Below, in pieces: positions 29,301 to 42,736 of a stretch of DNA of 64,000 nucleotides. The notes under the pieces were generated by a model. The model saw only the letters and a list, made by a program, of their open reading frames with translations, was not told where the DNA came from and did not search any database. The position numbers and the translations under genes are program-made. Numbering within the stretch: position 1 is the first letter of the stretch; the number at the start of each line of letters is the position of its first letter. Source of the DNA: Tubulanus polymorphus (lineage: Eukaryota; Animalia; Nemertea); assembly GCF_964204645.1 (NCBI RefSeq), contig NC_134025.1, positions 7,192,001 through 7,256,000 on the forward strand. Reading direction: 5' to 3'.

Positions 29301-31076
29301 TAAAGATGTTGTCTACAAAATGAAGCCATCCATATTATTTCTATTCGAATATCAGTGTAGCGAGAAGAACGTCCCCGAATTAGTACCACTGTCTTGTTGC
29401 TAATAGAATACTCGATGATGCATGACGCCGACGATCAGATGGCGTAATGAAATGGTGTGAAAGGTGAAGAAAACATTTTCGCATGTTTACTAGAGCGTCG
29501 TTCCAACCGTCACCGCTCGAGGTGGGACTTAATTAGCAAATTCTGCTGGTGAAAATCGTGCCTTTTTTGCCACCGATCGACTGCGAAATGACGAATGCGG
29601 AGCTCAATCGACGAGAGGCAGCGCGCGTACGCAATTAAGAATTATCCGACACCTGGGTATTATTTCGACGTTCGGTCGGCTCGATATGAATTGAGTTGAT
29701 ATGGTGACGCGAAAAAAAAAATTGCCCGAGCATGGCCGCCGCTGCTGACAGATATCGGGAGGGGGAACTGAAGTAACAATAGCTATCCGCCCGCGGAAGC
29801 AGTAACTGCGGTGTATTTTGACAAACGAAACAATCATAGCTTGGTTGTGAAGTGACGATGGCAAACTCACCTGCCGTAGCCTACAGTTTGTTTTAAGATT
29901 TATTCACGTTAATTTCGAGTTAAGTTTCATTGAAGGCAAAGTTGGCGTTAAGTTGAGGAAAATTGATTTGCTACATCAAAACTAGAGGTTGCCCGTAATG
30001 ATTGAAAAGCATAAAAGAAATGGTGACAAAAGGCGTTCAGTGAAGTGTAAAAAATCAAATTATAAAGTTATCATAATCAACGCCAATCTCATAATCAACT
30101 GAGCAACATAAATCCAAGATCAATTAACCCTTTGACTTCAGAATACTCAGTCAAGTTCATTAATATTTACGTCGTCGATCGTATGCAAAATTCCCGCCGA
30201 AGACGTTTCGACAACAGGCGTAGTGCCCGTAATACCCACGAGAGGGGATGCCCTCTTTAACAACGACATCAAACATGAATAGGGACGAGTAAATCGCGCT
30301 CTTAGCCGAGTCCCAGGATAGGCCCGACAAACTGATGTGTCACCGGGGGCCGCTGTCTGACATGATCGAGTGTGATTGATGTAATAATATTTCCTTACAC
30401 TTTAATTCGCGCAGTCTTGAAAAGAGCGGCTCTAAAAACGAGAGTCTGTACGCATTAATCCATTAACTGAGATAAACGTGATACGAGCGTGTTTACTTGA
30501 GACGCATACCGACTCTACATGTACGACCTGAAATTTCGAGACCGTATCGAATGCATTAAAGTACGACGGCACCCTGGGGACATACACAGTTCAGCAGTAT
30601 CGTCGGATTCAAGTACGGTGCAAATATTCTATAAACTAAAACTATATTCTAGTCGTGAACCCCCCAAGAACAGTTGGAATAATTTCGCAATTAAGTAAAT
30701 AATTAGGTAAAACTCATTTACATTCAGATTTTCATTCTAGAAATATGTCGATAAAAATTACAAAATGAGTGGAATAAGTTCTCCTGTGGAAAATTATCGA
30801 AGCCACATTGACCACAGGACCCACTATAGGAGCAGGCCAGGCGAACTAAGATGCTTAAAGCAATGGTGCAACTACCTCAATTTAGTTTCGAATCCTTGAA
30901 ATAGGCCCATTCATGTAGTAGTCGCTGAGGAGGTGGACTAGGCCAGGATAATTTTGCTGTTTAACTTGCACTGTGTCACATCGATATAAGATTTAGTTCT
31001 TTTGCGTACATACCACAAAAAATATACCGATGATAATCGCGTCAAAACAAAGGTTATCGGAATTTAGCCGAAACAT

Positions 31077-31140
31077 ATACAGTCGACCCCGCCCGAGTCG
31101 GATCCGATTAAACTCGGATATCCTTTCAAGTCGGATATCT
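31077..31140 (+). mobile_element. Tc1/mariner-type MITE terminus (TACAGT...) fragment
   Basis: TACAGTCGACCCCGCCCGAGTCGGA followed by repeated TCGGAT units. Similar TACAGT-initiated ends lie on the minus strand at ~39430-39457 and ~43860-43880. Confidence 0.35.
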
Positions 31141-34100
31141 GTTGAAATATTTTTTGTGACACTATCTATGAAATACATAACTCAATCACTCAATTCGGGC
31201 ACATTTTACGGTCCTTAATGATACGGCTGGGGCGGATTATATATAATGTTATCAGCGCAGACATTAATCAATATGTCGTTGTCTATGATCAATATTGCAC
31301 AAAAGACGGTATTCTAGCTATAGGGGGCCCATCACCCGTGAAAAAATGAACACAATACGTTATGTGCATCCCAGTCACCGGATATGATGATGTTTTTCAA
31401 GCGAAAAACAGCTGAACGGATTTTTTTCATCAATATACCCGGTACACTGCATTAAATTGCATCACCAGGTGTTTTAAGGGACGTTAAGTGCATCTGATCG
31501 GCTGGCTGGCGAACATGTGCGTTCAGACGCACAATAATCAAAGCGAGACGCAGAGCGCTATGCTCAATGATAATTGAAAAATGTAATTTTCAATAGGATT
31601 CATGTAAATATTGATGTTTTCTCTGTCTCAGCTACTACTAATAAATGCATTCTAGTAAAATATGTAGCGAATCAATGATCTTATTAGATTATTCAATCGG
31701 ATTAGATTATTCATATTCTCATTGAAATTCGGGTCCTTGTAATTCGGGGAAAACGCCGATGCAACGGGAAGGCGCGACTTTTCCCAAAAGCTCTACAACA
31801 CCGCTTTGCAACAAAATAATAACTTCATCCATTTAAAGTGTTTGATAAGACGAAGTGATTTTTAAAGAATTATTTACCTCAATAAAATCAAGATACGAGA
31901 AGTCATTACCATATTTTCTTGTATTTGCACCATTTGATATATCGTATAATATATTGCCGCAATGACATAACCATAGTTTACACACAATTCCATCAATCAT
32001 TCGTTGCCCGTCGATAAATCGGGTTACATTTCAATGCAATTTTTATTTTCATCGGAATCTTATCAATTTCGACGATTTCCATTGATTAGCAATTCCAGTG
32101 GCTCGAGGCGTGAAAACGAAATCAGTTCGAATCATCACAAGCACGAATACTATACTAGCACATCAGTCGTTCGCTGATTTATCCAGAAGTAATACAGGCA
32201 ACACTATGGGTGAACGTTGGGCCAGGTTTTCTTTATGCACAGGCTAACTTCAATGCTTTTTCGACAGATGGTACTTGAATATATACAAACACGACGGTGT
32301 ACAGCTATATTTGCATGTAGCCATATCATCAGATCTATCGCGACGCAAGGTGGCCTTTTATCCCGTTTAAAGGTGCAGAATTCGTTGCTTCCATTTTTCT
32401 GGAAGATAATGATTTTGAGCAAATTTTCGTATATTTTCAACTCGCTTTAGCTGATATTTTACTACCGTGCCCAAAAGCTCCATTCAGCTGGATATACCAA
32501 ATCAGATTTGATTCCATTATCTTGAAACGAATTCCTGGACAGCTGCCAGTTTCCTTATTTTTTTATTCAGAGCGGCTTAAATTTATGGATATAAGCTTTA
32601 GTCGATTGTCATTTGACGCTCCAGTGGAATTTGATGATTTCTGAGTTTCAATAAACTATGATTTACGCGATGGTGCGGTCTTCCATCACTCGAAACGTTC
32701 ATCTATCTTGCTTACGCCTCATCATCGCCGGATGAGGTTAAAACACTATTTCTAATCGCGGTCTAATCAATATCGGATTCGAGCGATCACTACTAAAGTC
32801 AATCATCTTTAGGGGTCTCTTTAATGTACGCAGAGTAATGTAATTACTAGAACAAGAGATCGTAGTGCGGTTATAGGACTCGACTAGATCAGCTATAACG
32901 TCGGCGAACATTTCGTTACGGCATTTTATCCGTCTGCCGTGGTACGCACTGATGTCTGCTATTAACGTTGTCATTCGTTGATGCAAGATTAGCCACTTAA
33001 ATGAAAGAGAGAGAGAGACCATTTCTTTCTGACAAGAGAGTCAATATGGATTAGCTTCTAACGGTTTTTCTAGTCAAAAACGCAAACGGATATTACCTTA
33101 AATGTTCTTACAAGAAAAGAGTGTTCTCGTTCAACTTATGTGGCTGTTCTGGGACCCGTTTCGCGGAACGACTTAATATTTCATTCAAGTTTCGTCAGCA
33201 TTGCGTTACTATGACTAATGAGGCTTTAATCTGCTCTGTGAGATGGACCCGAGGACAGTATGTTCCGGGCGCACCGAAAAAGGTGACGGTCAACGTGTGG
33301 CTTCTGGGAAAGAGGATTATTCCATGACTCGTTACATTCTAATCCCCGTTCCATGCCATGGCCAATGGCAACGGACCAAGGTCTGGTTTCATGCAAAAGT
33401 TTAAGGCGGTTAAGTTTGAATTTTGCTGGCATTGAAAACATGAAGCATCCAATAGCAATTAAACCAAAAGTTAAGCTTTACTTTTTAAACTGGACCCAGT
33501 AAACAGTGCGGTTTGAGGGATTTAGATTTTTTTAATACAGTGCCCTAGATTGATATTCCACGAAAAGTTATTCCCTCCACGACGGAATGTCAATAGTGGT
33601 AAAATGAATTAGTTACAATACGATGATGTCGTTTACAGCGACGGAAACTTGTACACAAGGAAATGCCTGCATTTTATTCTCGCACGGAACGGAAGCCTAA
33701 TTAGATAGCAAGAAACGTTTTAATCGCCGCATGCGAATTAACATAACGGAGTTAATTGAATTATACCGCTGTCGTACGAGTTAAAACAAAAAGCCGTTTT
33801 AGTGCATGCAGTGACAGCGACATGAGATGATTTCACAATGGAAATGATGACAACGATAGCAACAAAAATGCTGCACATCTATTTTACTCTTTGAGAGAAT
33901 TATTGAGCGAGCCAATCGATGAATGAATATGTACAAGTATATTTCACGTATGAAATTGAACGGCAGGCATTCGAATAATTCAAAATTACCACAGAAAACT
34001 TTATAAGTCGTTATCATCTGTGGCTGATACCGTCACGGCTTAAACAAGACCAGTCTTGAGATTAAAAACCGCCTTTGGACCTGTCGACCATAGAACCGGG

Positions 34101-37100
34101 CCCTGAATACTTATTAAATACGTAAATTTGAAGCTCCGCGATCTTATACATCACAAAAAGGACAACGAGACAGGATAAAACTCCTGTCGGCCATTGAGAC
34201 ACGTATAGTTCAGGGTGACTAGATTTCGCGTTGACAACCGATCGTGCATCTCAATATAAATCCACGGTGATAGATGCAGATTTAAAGAAGAGCCGCTTAA
34301 TTCTTGACGCACACAAGACGGATGACCGTTACACCTGAGCTATTATCCGGACAGCTTTTATCATTTCCTTGCCACAAATACCCTGTGGAGCACATAAGGC
34401 GAATTTTTGATAACGTGTGTGTATTGTCTATAGCTTTTTGAATTGAATCTTCTATATTTCTTATATCACTGGGATATAACTTTTCTTGGATGGCATCATT
34501 TCTGTACGTCGGGGCATCCTTAACGAGGGATTGTATTAAAGCAAGCCAGCCATGAATGATAACTTTGCTGCGGTGCGCTTGGTTGAATTTACCAAAAATA
34601 GCGCGTGTGGTGTGCTGTGAAAATACCCGACACGATAACAAAATATCTTTATTCGAAGTATTATATCCAATTTGACTTGTCAAACGAAAGGCTAGGTGAT
34701 TAATTATAAAAGGTAAAATTTCAATGATTGAAACTTCACTCGGCAGCATGATGTAAAACAGCTCTGCAAATCTCTGCGGGAAATAAACACTGCTACTCGT
34801 GGGTATTAAAACTAAATCGAAACAGCTTGTCAATTAAAATTGAAAGATTCGCTACACGACTATTTGCATTACGTGGATATCCATCTAACTTCGTGCAAAT
34901 GAAGTCGAACGAAATCTGTGCTCAATTTCGCAACGGCATGTCGAAGCCTTCGCTATCGTTCAAACTAGGAATATTTCGACGCGGCTAAACAAGGATTTCT
35001 GGGAAAAGTTATAAAAAATGTATTCACGACAAAACTGAAATTTCAGACATATACATATATGTCGCGATATGTTCTGACTAGTTTCTTGGTAACGGGTACT
35101 TGAATCGGTGCCAAGGCATCAACAACGTAGTGGATGACGCGAACACAAAATAAGCCCTTGACAACGGAACTGCAATCACACCTGATTGGTTACTAATCTG
35201 GTGGCACTCGAGTGGAAAACTTGGCATTAATTGGCTGCCTTCATAGCCTAAGACGTATTAATTATTCGAACATAAACGTAGTGGAAGTCATGATAAACGA
35301 CATCGTGTAGAAACACGATACTCATACCAGCCCCTATGGCGTACGAAAATTGAACAGTTAGTTAACAGGCAGCTTGATCCAAACATACGCCATCATCGCT
35401 TATAATTTAAAAAACAAAACGCAATACGTGTACCGTAAGATTTATCAAAAATTAATTCAAACATCTCGAACTCAACCGAAAACTAAAAAAGGCTAATGAA
35501 AAATATGCTTGGTGATTACAAACAACGGTTTATAAGTGTTCACTGACGTCATATTGAACGTCAAATAGCAGTCAACCTCAGATTTTTTGACGCCGACAAA
35601 ATCGTTACGATAATTTTTATATACATTCATACCTAAGGGGTTCTGTGTGAGCCGATGCGCCGGTCAATGCAATTATCGATATATTCAAATCCAAAATAAC
35701 TTCATCGATCCTGAATACTGTCATCATCATTTCGGCTATGTGAGGAAGGGTTTTTCTTCCAACCGATATTATATAATTCATATTATACAATTCATTGTCG
35801 ACAATATTAAGCAATATGTGCATATATGTGTTATTTTTCAAGACGTCAATAAACCTTCAAGTAAGTTTTCTTGTTACTTCAGTTAGCCGTTTGTGCTGGC
35901 CGTCGGATGTGTCGCGTTGTGACGTCAAGTGCATTACCTCTAATAAAAAGTTTCAAATTTTCATAGATTCGGAATTTTGATAGACTTTCATAATCTATTG
36001 ATTCTCGTGACTTGGTTTTCAGAATATAGTGTCATAAGCCCCCGAATCTGAGCAGAGTAAACACTCAATACAAAACTTGTGATGAGCTTTAACCGGCGTT
36101 CAGTGATGTAGCTCTGCATCAGTGCAATAAGACGATAAAAGCGGTTTTATCACATATTAATGAAACTCAATTCCCCGAACGCAATCAGTAAACTCAGAGA
36201 GAAATGAGAAGACCACAACTCATCAAAGCGCTAAACTACAAGGTACATTATCTTTTAATAAGGATAAGCTCATCAATAGAATAACGTTATGTACTCGGCA
36301 AATATTATCCAACCTGCAATGCTAATGAATCTACAACCATTATACAAAATCCCGAAGACTAAACGATATACAAAAGGTATTGGTGTAGATATTCCAAAAA
36401 CTATCAGAGATCTACGACCACTGTTGCAAGCTTACAAGGTCACGAGTCACACATCCTCTAAACCCACACATTTGTTTGTAAATTTGTTAGTGGACCTAGT
36501 GCCCTGGGTTTCATTTTTAACCGAGAAAAACGAGAAGCAAATGCCATGATATTGCAACTACATGTACCGAGATAACTGCAGTGTACGTCTACTTCAGACG
36601 ATTCCGTAAAAATAATAGCCTTCATTTGGTATGAGAATCGTTTCTAGCATAGTTCTTGCGCTGGTTAAACATGGCATCGGCGCATGGCTATCGTTCCCCG
36701 ACCTTTATTTCTTCGTAAAGCGGCTATTTCATTAGTATCAGCGTAGATGGCTATTTTTTACACATCAAGGAAGAAGATCCGACAATTTTCACACATCAAG
36801 GCAAACGTGGTGTCACAGTATAATATACGGCTGGGAAAAGATCACATAGCCGACGGCAAACGGCTAAATATGAATGATATTTCTATCAGATTATGGCTGT
36901 ACTTGGAGAGGACTGACCGAATCAAAGAGGATAAAAGACCGTACGCCACATAATCACATAAAAAACAGCTCAACGAACGCGATGCATCGACTTAGCCTTT
37001 TCGTATGAATTGTCGACCTTCAAAAGACCTCTTTTTCACTACGAAATATCTTGATATCGAAATGTTTTGAAAAACATTTTTTTCTCTCCTCCCAGTATTT

Positions 37101-40100
37101 TGGAGACATAAGAGGATTAGGTGGATATGTATATATACATTACCTCAAAATCAACGTCTGCAAAGTATTTAATTCATTCAAGGTTCAATTAATTCGAATA
37201 ACATTTAACGCCTGAAGACATGTTTTTTGCGTTTATGTGATTCAAACATTTCATTGAAAAAGTTATCGAGTTTATACAATGACTGTCTTATTGTTGTCTA
37301 GTAAAACATTTGGGTTAAGTACACGCTATTCGTGGACTTATAAGATGTTTCAGCGTCGAGGCATTTTAAACGACAATGTACAGAAAACAAACCGTTACAC
37401 GCGCTTCCCTTTAATAGCGACGCATCCTTCAACGGGAAGATGAAAACGGTGAACGGGAAAGGAGAGCACTGACACTCGGATTGACTTGTGACTCATGACG
37501 ACAGCAAAAACCCATCGCCATCGCATGCTCACGCGCCAAAACAAAAACGAAAATCGGTTAGAATGCCAGGAATTCAACGTCGTTAAATCAAACGGTTAAA
37601 ACGAAAATTTACGGCTAAACATCGTCGAAATATCTTTTGCAACATATATTATAATGAATATCTCAACGATGTCGAGATACGAATATTAAGTAATGCCGGG
37701 ATGCACGCGATCGATACGGAAGAGGTTACGACTAACGAGTTTGAAGGATAATAACTTGAAACAATACAAAGCGACGGCGTGCCAGACGATAAGATGACAT
37801 ATTCGAAAATTCAATTAAATTCCGGGCAACGCGCGTCAAAATTGAACGCATATTAAGTATTAATGCGAATTTTGAACCCGGGGTCTCTTAAACCGACACG
37901 AGGATAATATCCATCGATATCGATTATCTTGACTTAACCGATCAAAAAAGTCGAGGAAACACAATGCCGACTGGTGCAATTTACAGTCAAATATGCAAAG
38001 GCCAAGGCAAGGCCATTCTATTTTCAGTGACAACAGAATCTTACGTTTAAAAGGCTGCATAAAGTTAAACATTTATGTAAGAGCAGCTTTTCATCGATAG
38101 ATTTGATTACTTCGAAGAAAACAGCCGAAAAATTACGAAATCTCTTTCTGCGATTTCGACTGGCTGAAACACCGGTTCGACATCCGAGCCTAGGGACAAA
38201 AAACCTGGTCAATTTCGTCTCCGCGCTTCTATCATCATCAGAGGCCATTTGTCACGCAGGCGGCGGACAACCTCCAGGTACGGTCAGTAATGTGTGGCCA
38301 GTCACACGCAGATCAAAGAATCAATCCATCTTCCTTGACAAATATACACTTTGAGTGTTGGCGTTTTTCTGTATGTACGCCGAGGAAACGATCGAGAAGG
38401 GAGACTTTGTCTCCACGTGTAAGCTCATCGAAATCAAAAATAATAGCAAGTTCGTATAAAACAGTTTTCGAAAGCAGTTTTAAAACAGTCTCTTTGCATG
38501 CTAGTACCCACGGATCTAGTGCTTTGACAATAATGATTTTATCCAGAATTTCACGACCGAACGAGCGTTGATCGTGTACTGATCCACTCGGACATATACG
38601 GGTTCTCGTGAAATACAAAACCTCGGAAGAAATATACGGCCCGGGATGTATCGGTGATGATGACTACGGTATTTTTTCAAACAAAGGTTAATTAGGGGTG
38701 TGATTGTTTACTATGATGAGACATGAACATCTGATGTCTTGCGTTTGTTTCTTGTCACATCTGCGATAAACGTTATGACACGAGCGAACTCAGTCATTCA
38801 TTCAATAACAAGCGCGTCTTCACATTTCCTGTGGTAGCTGCGTACTATTTTCTAAATTTTCAGATCGTAGTATTTTCCCGTCGTCTTGACCGTCGTGTAC
38901 ACGGTATAGATTTTCTACTGGTAATGAGAAACTTTAATGAGCAAGCCCGTGGCTCATCGTGTAAAACGAGAGTAAATTTCCGATCTAATCGCGATTCAAA
39001 GAGTCAAATAAATCCGAAACAAAGTTAATTTTTCACATCAATAGTTACATAATTTGTTAGGTTTGTTATAACGAGAAAAGACGCAGCGACTGTTAGATAA
39101 AGCAACGACTAATGAAGAATATTTCAAAAGCACATCACATCAAGAGTCGAAACATAAGCGTACCTCACAGGAAACGGAATTTTAGCAAATTACTTCTCTA
39201 TCTACGAGGCGTTCGTAAATGATCAAACGACTTGACATTATGTGACTTGCGAAAAGAAGAATTACTTGCAAGCTATTTCGATTATAGCCAAAAGAATCGT
39301 AGTCATGATGCCCACATCGGTGCAGAACGATTCTGGCAGTATAGAGAGTATGGTGGTACATCGGGGGTGTTTTACTATATATTTGTATAGAGATGTACAT
39401 TGAGAAAACTGAGCGATATCTAGGAGGGCGCTATAGATATATCGGGGGTTAACTGTATTTTGCATTTCAAAATTACATTATATGGTAAAGGAATGTGCAA
39501 GATTTATGAATGTTTTTACAATCAAGCACAATAATGAAATACAGAAGACCCAGAGAAGTCGATGCACACTCGACTAAGACACGATTTACAGGAGACGCAG
39601 TGTACACAATTTCAATACTCAAGATGATCAATCATAATTATGCAATACTTGTACATTAGACCTACCAATACATCACATTATCAGGGAAATTTTAGTTTCA
39701 ACGCCGATCAGAATGACCTCACGATGAAAATCTACTTTACTTTGCCGACTGTGTGGAAGTTGTTATTGGTATTGAAGACGTTACCACGAGTCGCCATGAA
39801 AAAACAATTTACCCAGCGAAATTAATAGTCACGATGGAGCCCGAATCAAGGAGATTCCGTCCATTAACCTTTCGCCGAGCATAAAGTTTATTTAGAAAGG
39901 TGACTTCATTGTATGGAAAACATGACAGTACACGTAGTAATTACATGATCCCCGCGCAAGACGCATTTGATGCAGGCTCACATTTTATACGCCATTAACA
40001 CAGCAGAGTGGTGGAAAAGAGAAGTAAAGACGCAGAGTAGATGGAAGATAGTGACGATTACACCTGAATGAAAGTGGCACGCGCAGACGTTTAATTCTCG

Positions 40101-41687
40101 CGGGTTCATTTTCCGAAAGTTCATTAATAAATCACGGCTAAACGACACTGGTGACATTTGACAGCCAGTCATGGCTGAAATACTATACTTAAAACACAAA
40201 AACTACACTATGTATTTGGCTGTAAAATAAAAGAAAGGCTGCATTCGATACCTCAACAGATTCGTATGTCAATAGATACATGTACACGTATACTGATAAC
40301 TAATCAATGTGAAATACAGTAAATCATTGAAGTAATAAAATGAAAGATCAATCTTCTCTACATTGCAATTCTTCTCATAGTCGCGAAGGCCGGGACCCGG
40401 GGAAAAATGAAAAAAATACTGATACGCACTCATTTACTTTTTTCTTTTTTTTACGGATTAATCAGACAAACTGCTACTGACAAGCACGTATAGATTGATG
40501 AAGGCCGATGAATACGACGAATTATTATGCACGGGAATATTGAAAGTGATCATGTAAAAAATTACCGGACAGTATCAAGTACCCGATGAATATAACGATG
40601 ACCGGTGGTTGCATGACACTTGCGACAAATGGGTTGAGTATTTCTGACAAACAGCACGCAATACGATGACAGATCATCAGCTTACGAATCAACGTGCGCA
40701 TTAAAGCAATAAATCTCTACCATAGTCGACCAAACAGCAGCCAGCCAGCGCAACGGAATAAAACCGTACTAGCATAAGCGTCCGTTAGATCGGACGACGA
40801 GAAAAACTACACTACGGCTACAAGGAAGACAGTCAGCGTATTGTTTATGCATCGGTAGTGATAGATTTAGAAAATAATGTTGGGGAAAATCTGCCTAAGA
40901 TCCGCTTAATATTCAAATTTCATAATGTTCGTAATCCTCTGTTCAGACAGAACATTTCTAGTCTGAGTCCATTTCAGTTGAATTTCACGACCTCCACGCT
41001 GGACCCCTCGTCAGAGAACTACCGATACTCATGGATTGGAAAATTCTATTGATGTTTGTGGGATTATCTAGTTTCGGCCTGGCTTGGACCGTGTAGATTT
41101 GAACTTTACATCTCGAGCACCGACCGGAGTATTGATGGACAGACACAGTACGCGAATGAAAAAGGTTGAGTGCCACCGACGTTTGGCATCCCTAATTTGT
41201 TCCCGCTTGTTCAACCCCTTCATCATGTAGTCTAAGATTCTCGAAACTATTGCTGTTATAACAGTGACTGGCATGTTTAACTGAACCATGACCGAATATA
41301 CCACGGTATCACTATCAGAGCCGAAACCACCCGCTTTTGTTCGGTTTTAAGTTAAATACGCCCAGCCACGGGCACGAAGACATGACATTGACATAGATGA
41401 ACTAGATTTGTTTGAATTCTTTATCATTTCAGTTTTCTTTAAGCGTAGGCCTATGATAGATTTTGTTTTTTCTTTCAAAATTTAAAGAGAGTTTATTCAC
41501 CCGGGCTCAAACGCTACAGAAACTTTTCGCCCAAATAAACAATTGCAAGCAATGCCACGTGCCTTCTCACGATCGTAAGAAACTTCGTAACGGGCGCGGG
41601 AGTCAGCGACGGATGAACCTATTTTACGGATATGGACTTCAGGCACTTCTACCCATTTACTCGGAGCCACCCTGAAGCCTTTCATTC

Positions 41688-41700
41688 CAAGATGGCAGCC
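41688..41700 (+). promoter_or_regulatory. YY1-like motif overlapping the cysteine synthase start codon
   Basis: CAAGATGGCAGCC resembles the AAGATGGCGGC motif typical of short-5'UTR housekeeping and mitochondrial genes. Confidence 0.45.
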
Positions 41701-42685
41701 TCCTTGATAAAAGTTTTTTCTACATTTCGGCAAATTAAAAACAAAAATGCCGTCGCCAGTATCGTTCCATTATCACTATTCGCACGTAGGAGCATGTCAA
41801 ATGTAAGGACCTATCAATTGAATAAATTGTTCTAATATGACATCGTCCTTCCTTCTGGAGGTCGGATTGAAAATGAAATGATGATAGTCATAGAACTTAA
41901 CTGACTGATTTGACAGTTCCACCTGTCCACTCCCCAGTTCCTCCTTGCTTGGTGACCTTCCACTTGGTACGTAAGTACGGGTATTTGACTCCATTATCAT
42001 TTCGTTTTTATTTTTATTTTTAGTCTATCAGAAAGGGGTTGGTTGGAATGGTAGGCAGGTAATATAGTTGTGGTGATAATGTCCATAGCCGATATCTGTT
42101 TACCATGTGTACCTTACTTCTAAATAGATTTGATATTTTCCAGGACTCCTCTTGTGCGACTTAATAAAGTTAGTGATGAAATGGGTAAGCCATGATAGTG
42201 GTGATTAATTGATTTGTAGAAAATAATTGAGTTTTCATTTTAATGATGGTATAATTGTACTTCTTCATATTTCAATTGATTCACATTAATTTAGGTTGTG
42301 AAATATTAGCAAAGGCTGAGTTTGCTAATGGAGGAGGATCAGTCAAAGACAGAGCAGCATTATACCTCATAAAAGATGCTCAAGAGAAGGGTCAGTGAGA
42401 ATGCAATACTGCAATTGATCCAGTTCCACATGGACATGGACATGGAGTCAAGATTAATTCATTTCTACGCGCTACCTTGTCCTGGAAATTGTTTCTGATA
42501 CATGATATGTGATGTTTTGTAGGCTTACTGAAACCAGGTGGAACGGTTATAGAAGGAACTGCTGGTAATACTGGAATTGGTTTGGCTCATTTATGTTGTG
42601 CAATGGGATATAAATGTGTCATATATATGCCTGATACGCAATCAAAGGTGTTCATTTTATCAGCTTAACTCACTTCATCTTTCAA

Positions 42686-42736
<51 letters not shown>

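Noticed and set aside
34216-34237. TGACTAGAT, a miR-279-family seed-like start
   Set aside because: The rest diverges and there is no complementary arm nearby.
34297-34833. 178-aa minus-strand ORF, the longest in the non-coding region
   Set aside because: It has a non-ATG start, no recognisable domain and no convincing flanking splice sites, so it is plausibly a chance ORF.
41875-41905. C/D-box-like ATGATGA...CTGA in intron 1 of cysteine synthase
   Set aside because: The boxes are only ~30 nt apart with no terminal stem, which is too short for a snoRNA.
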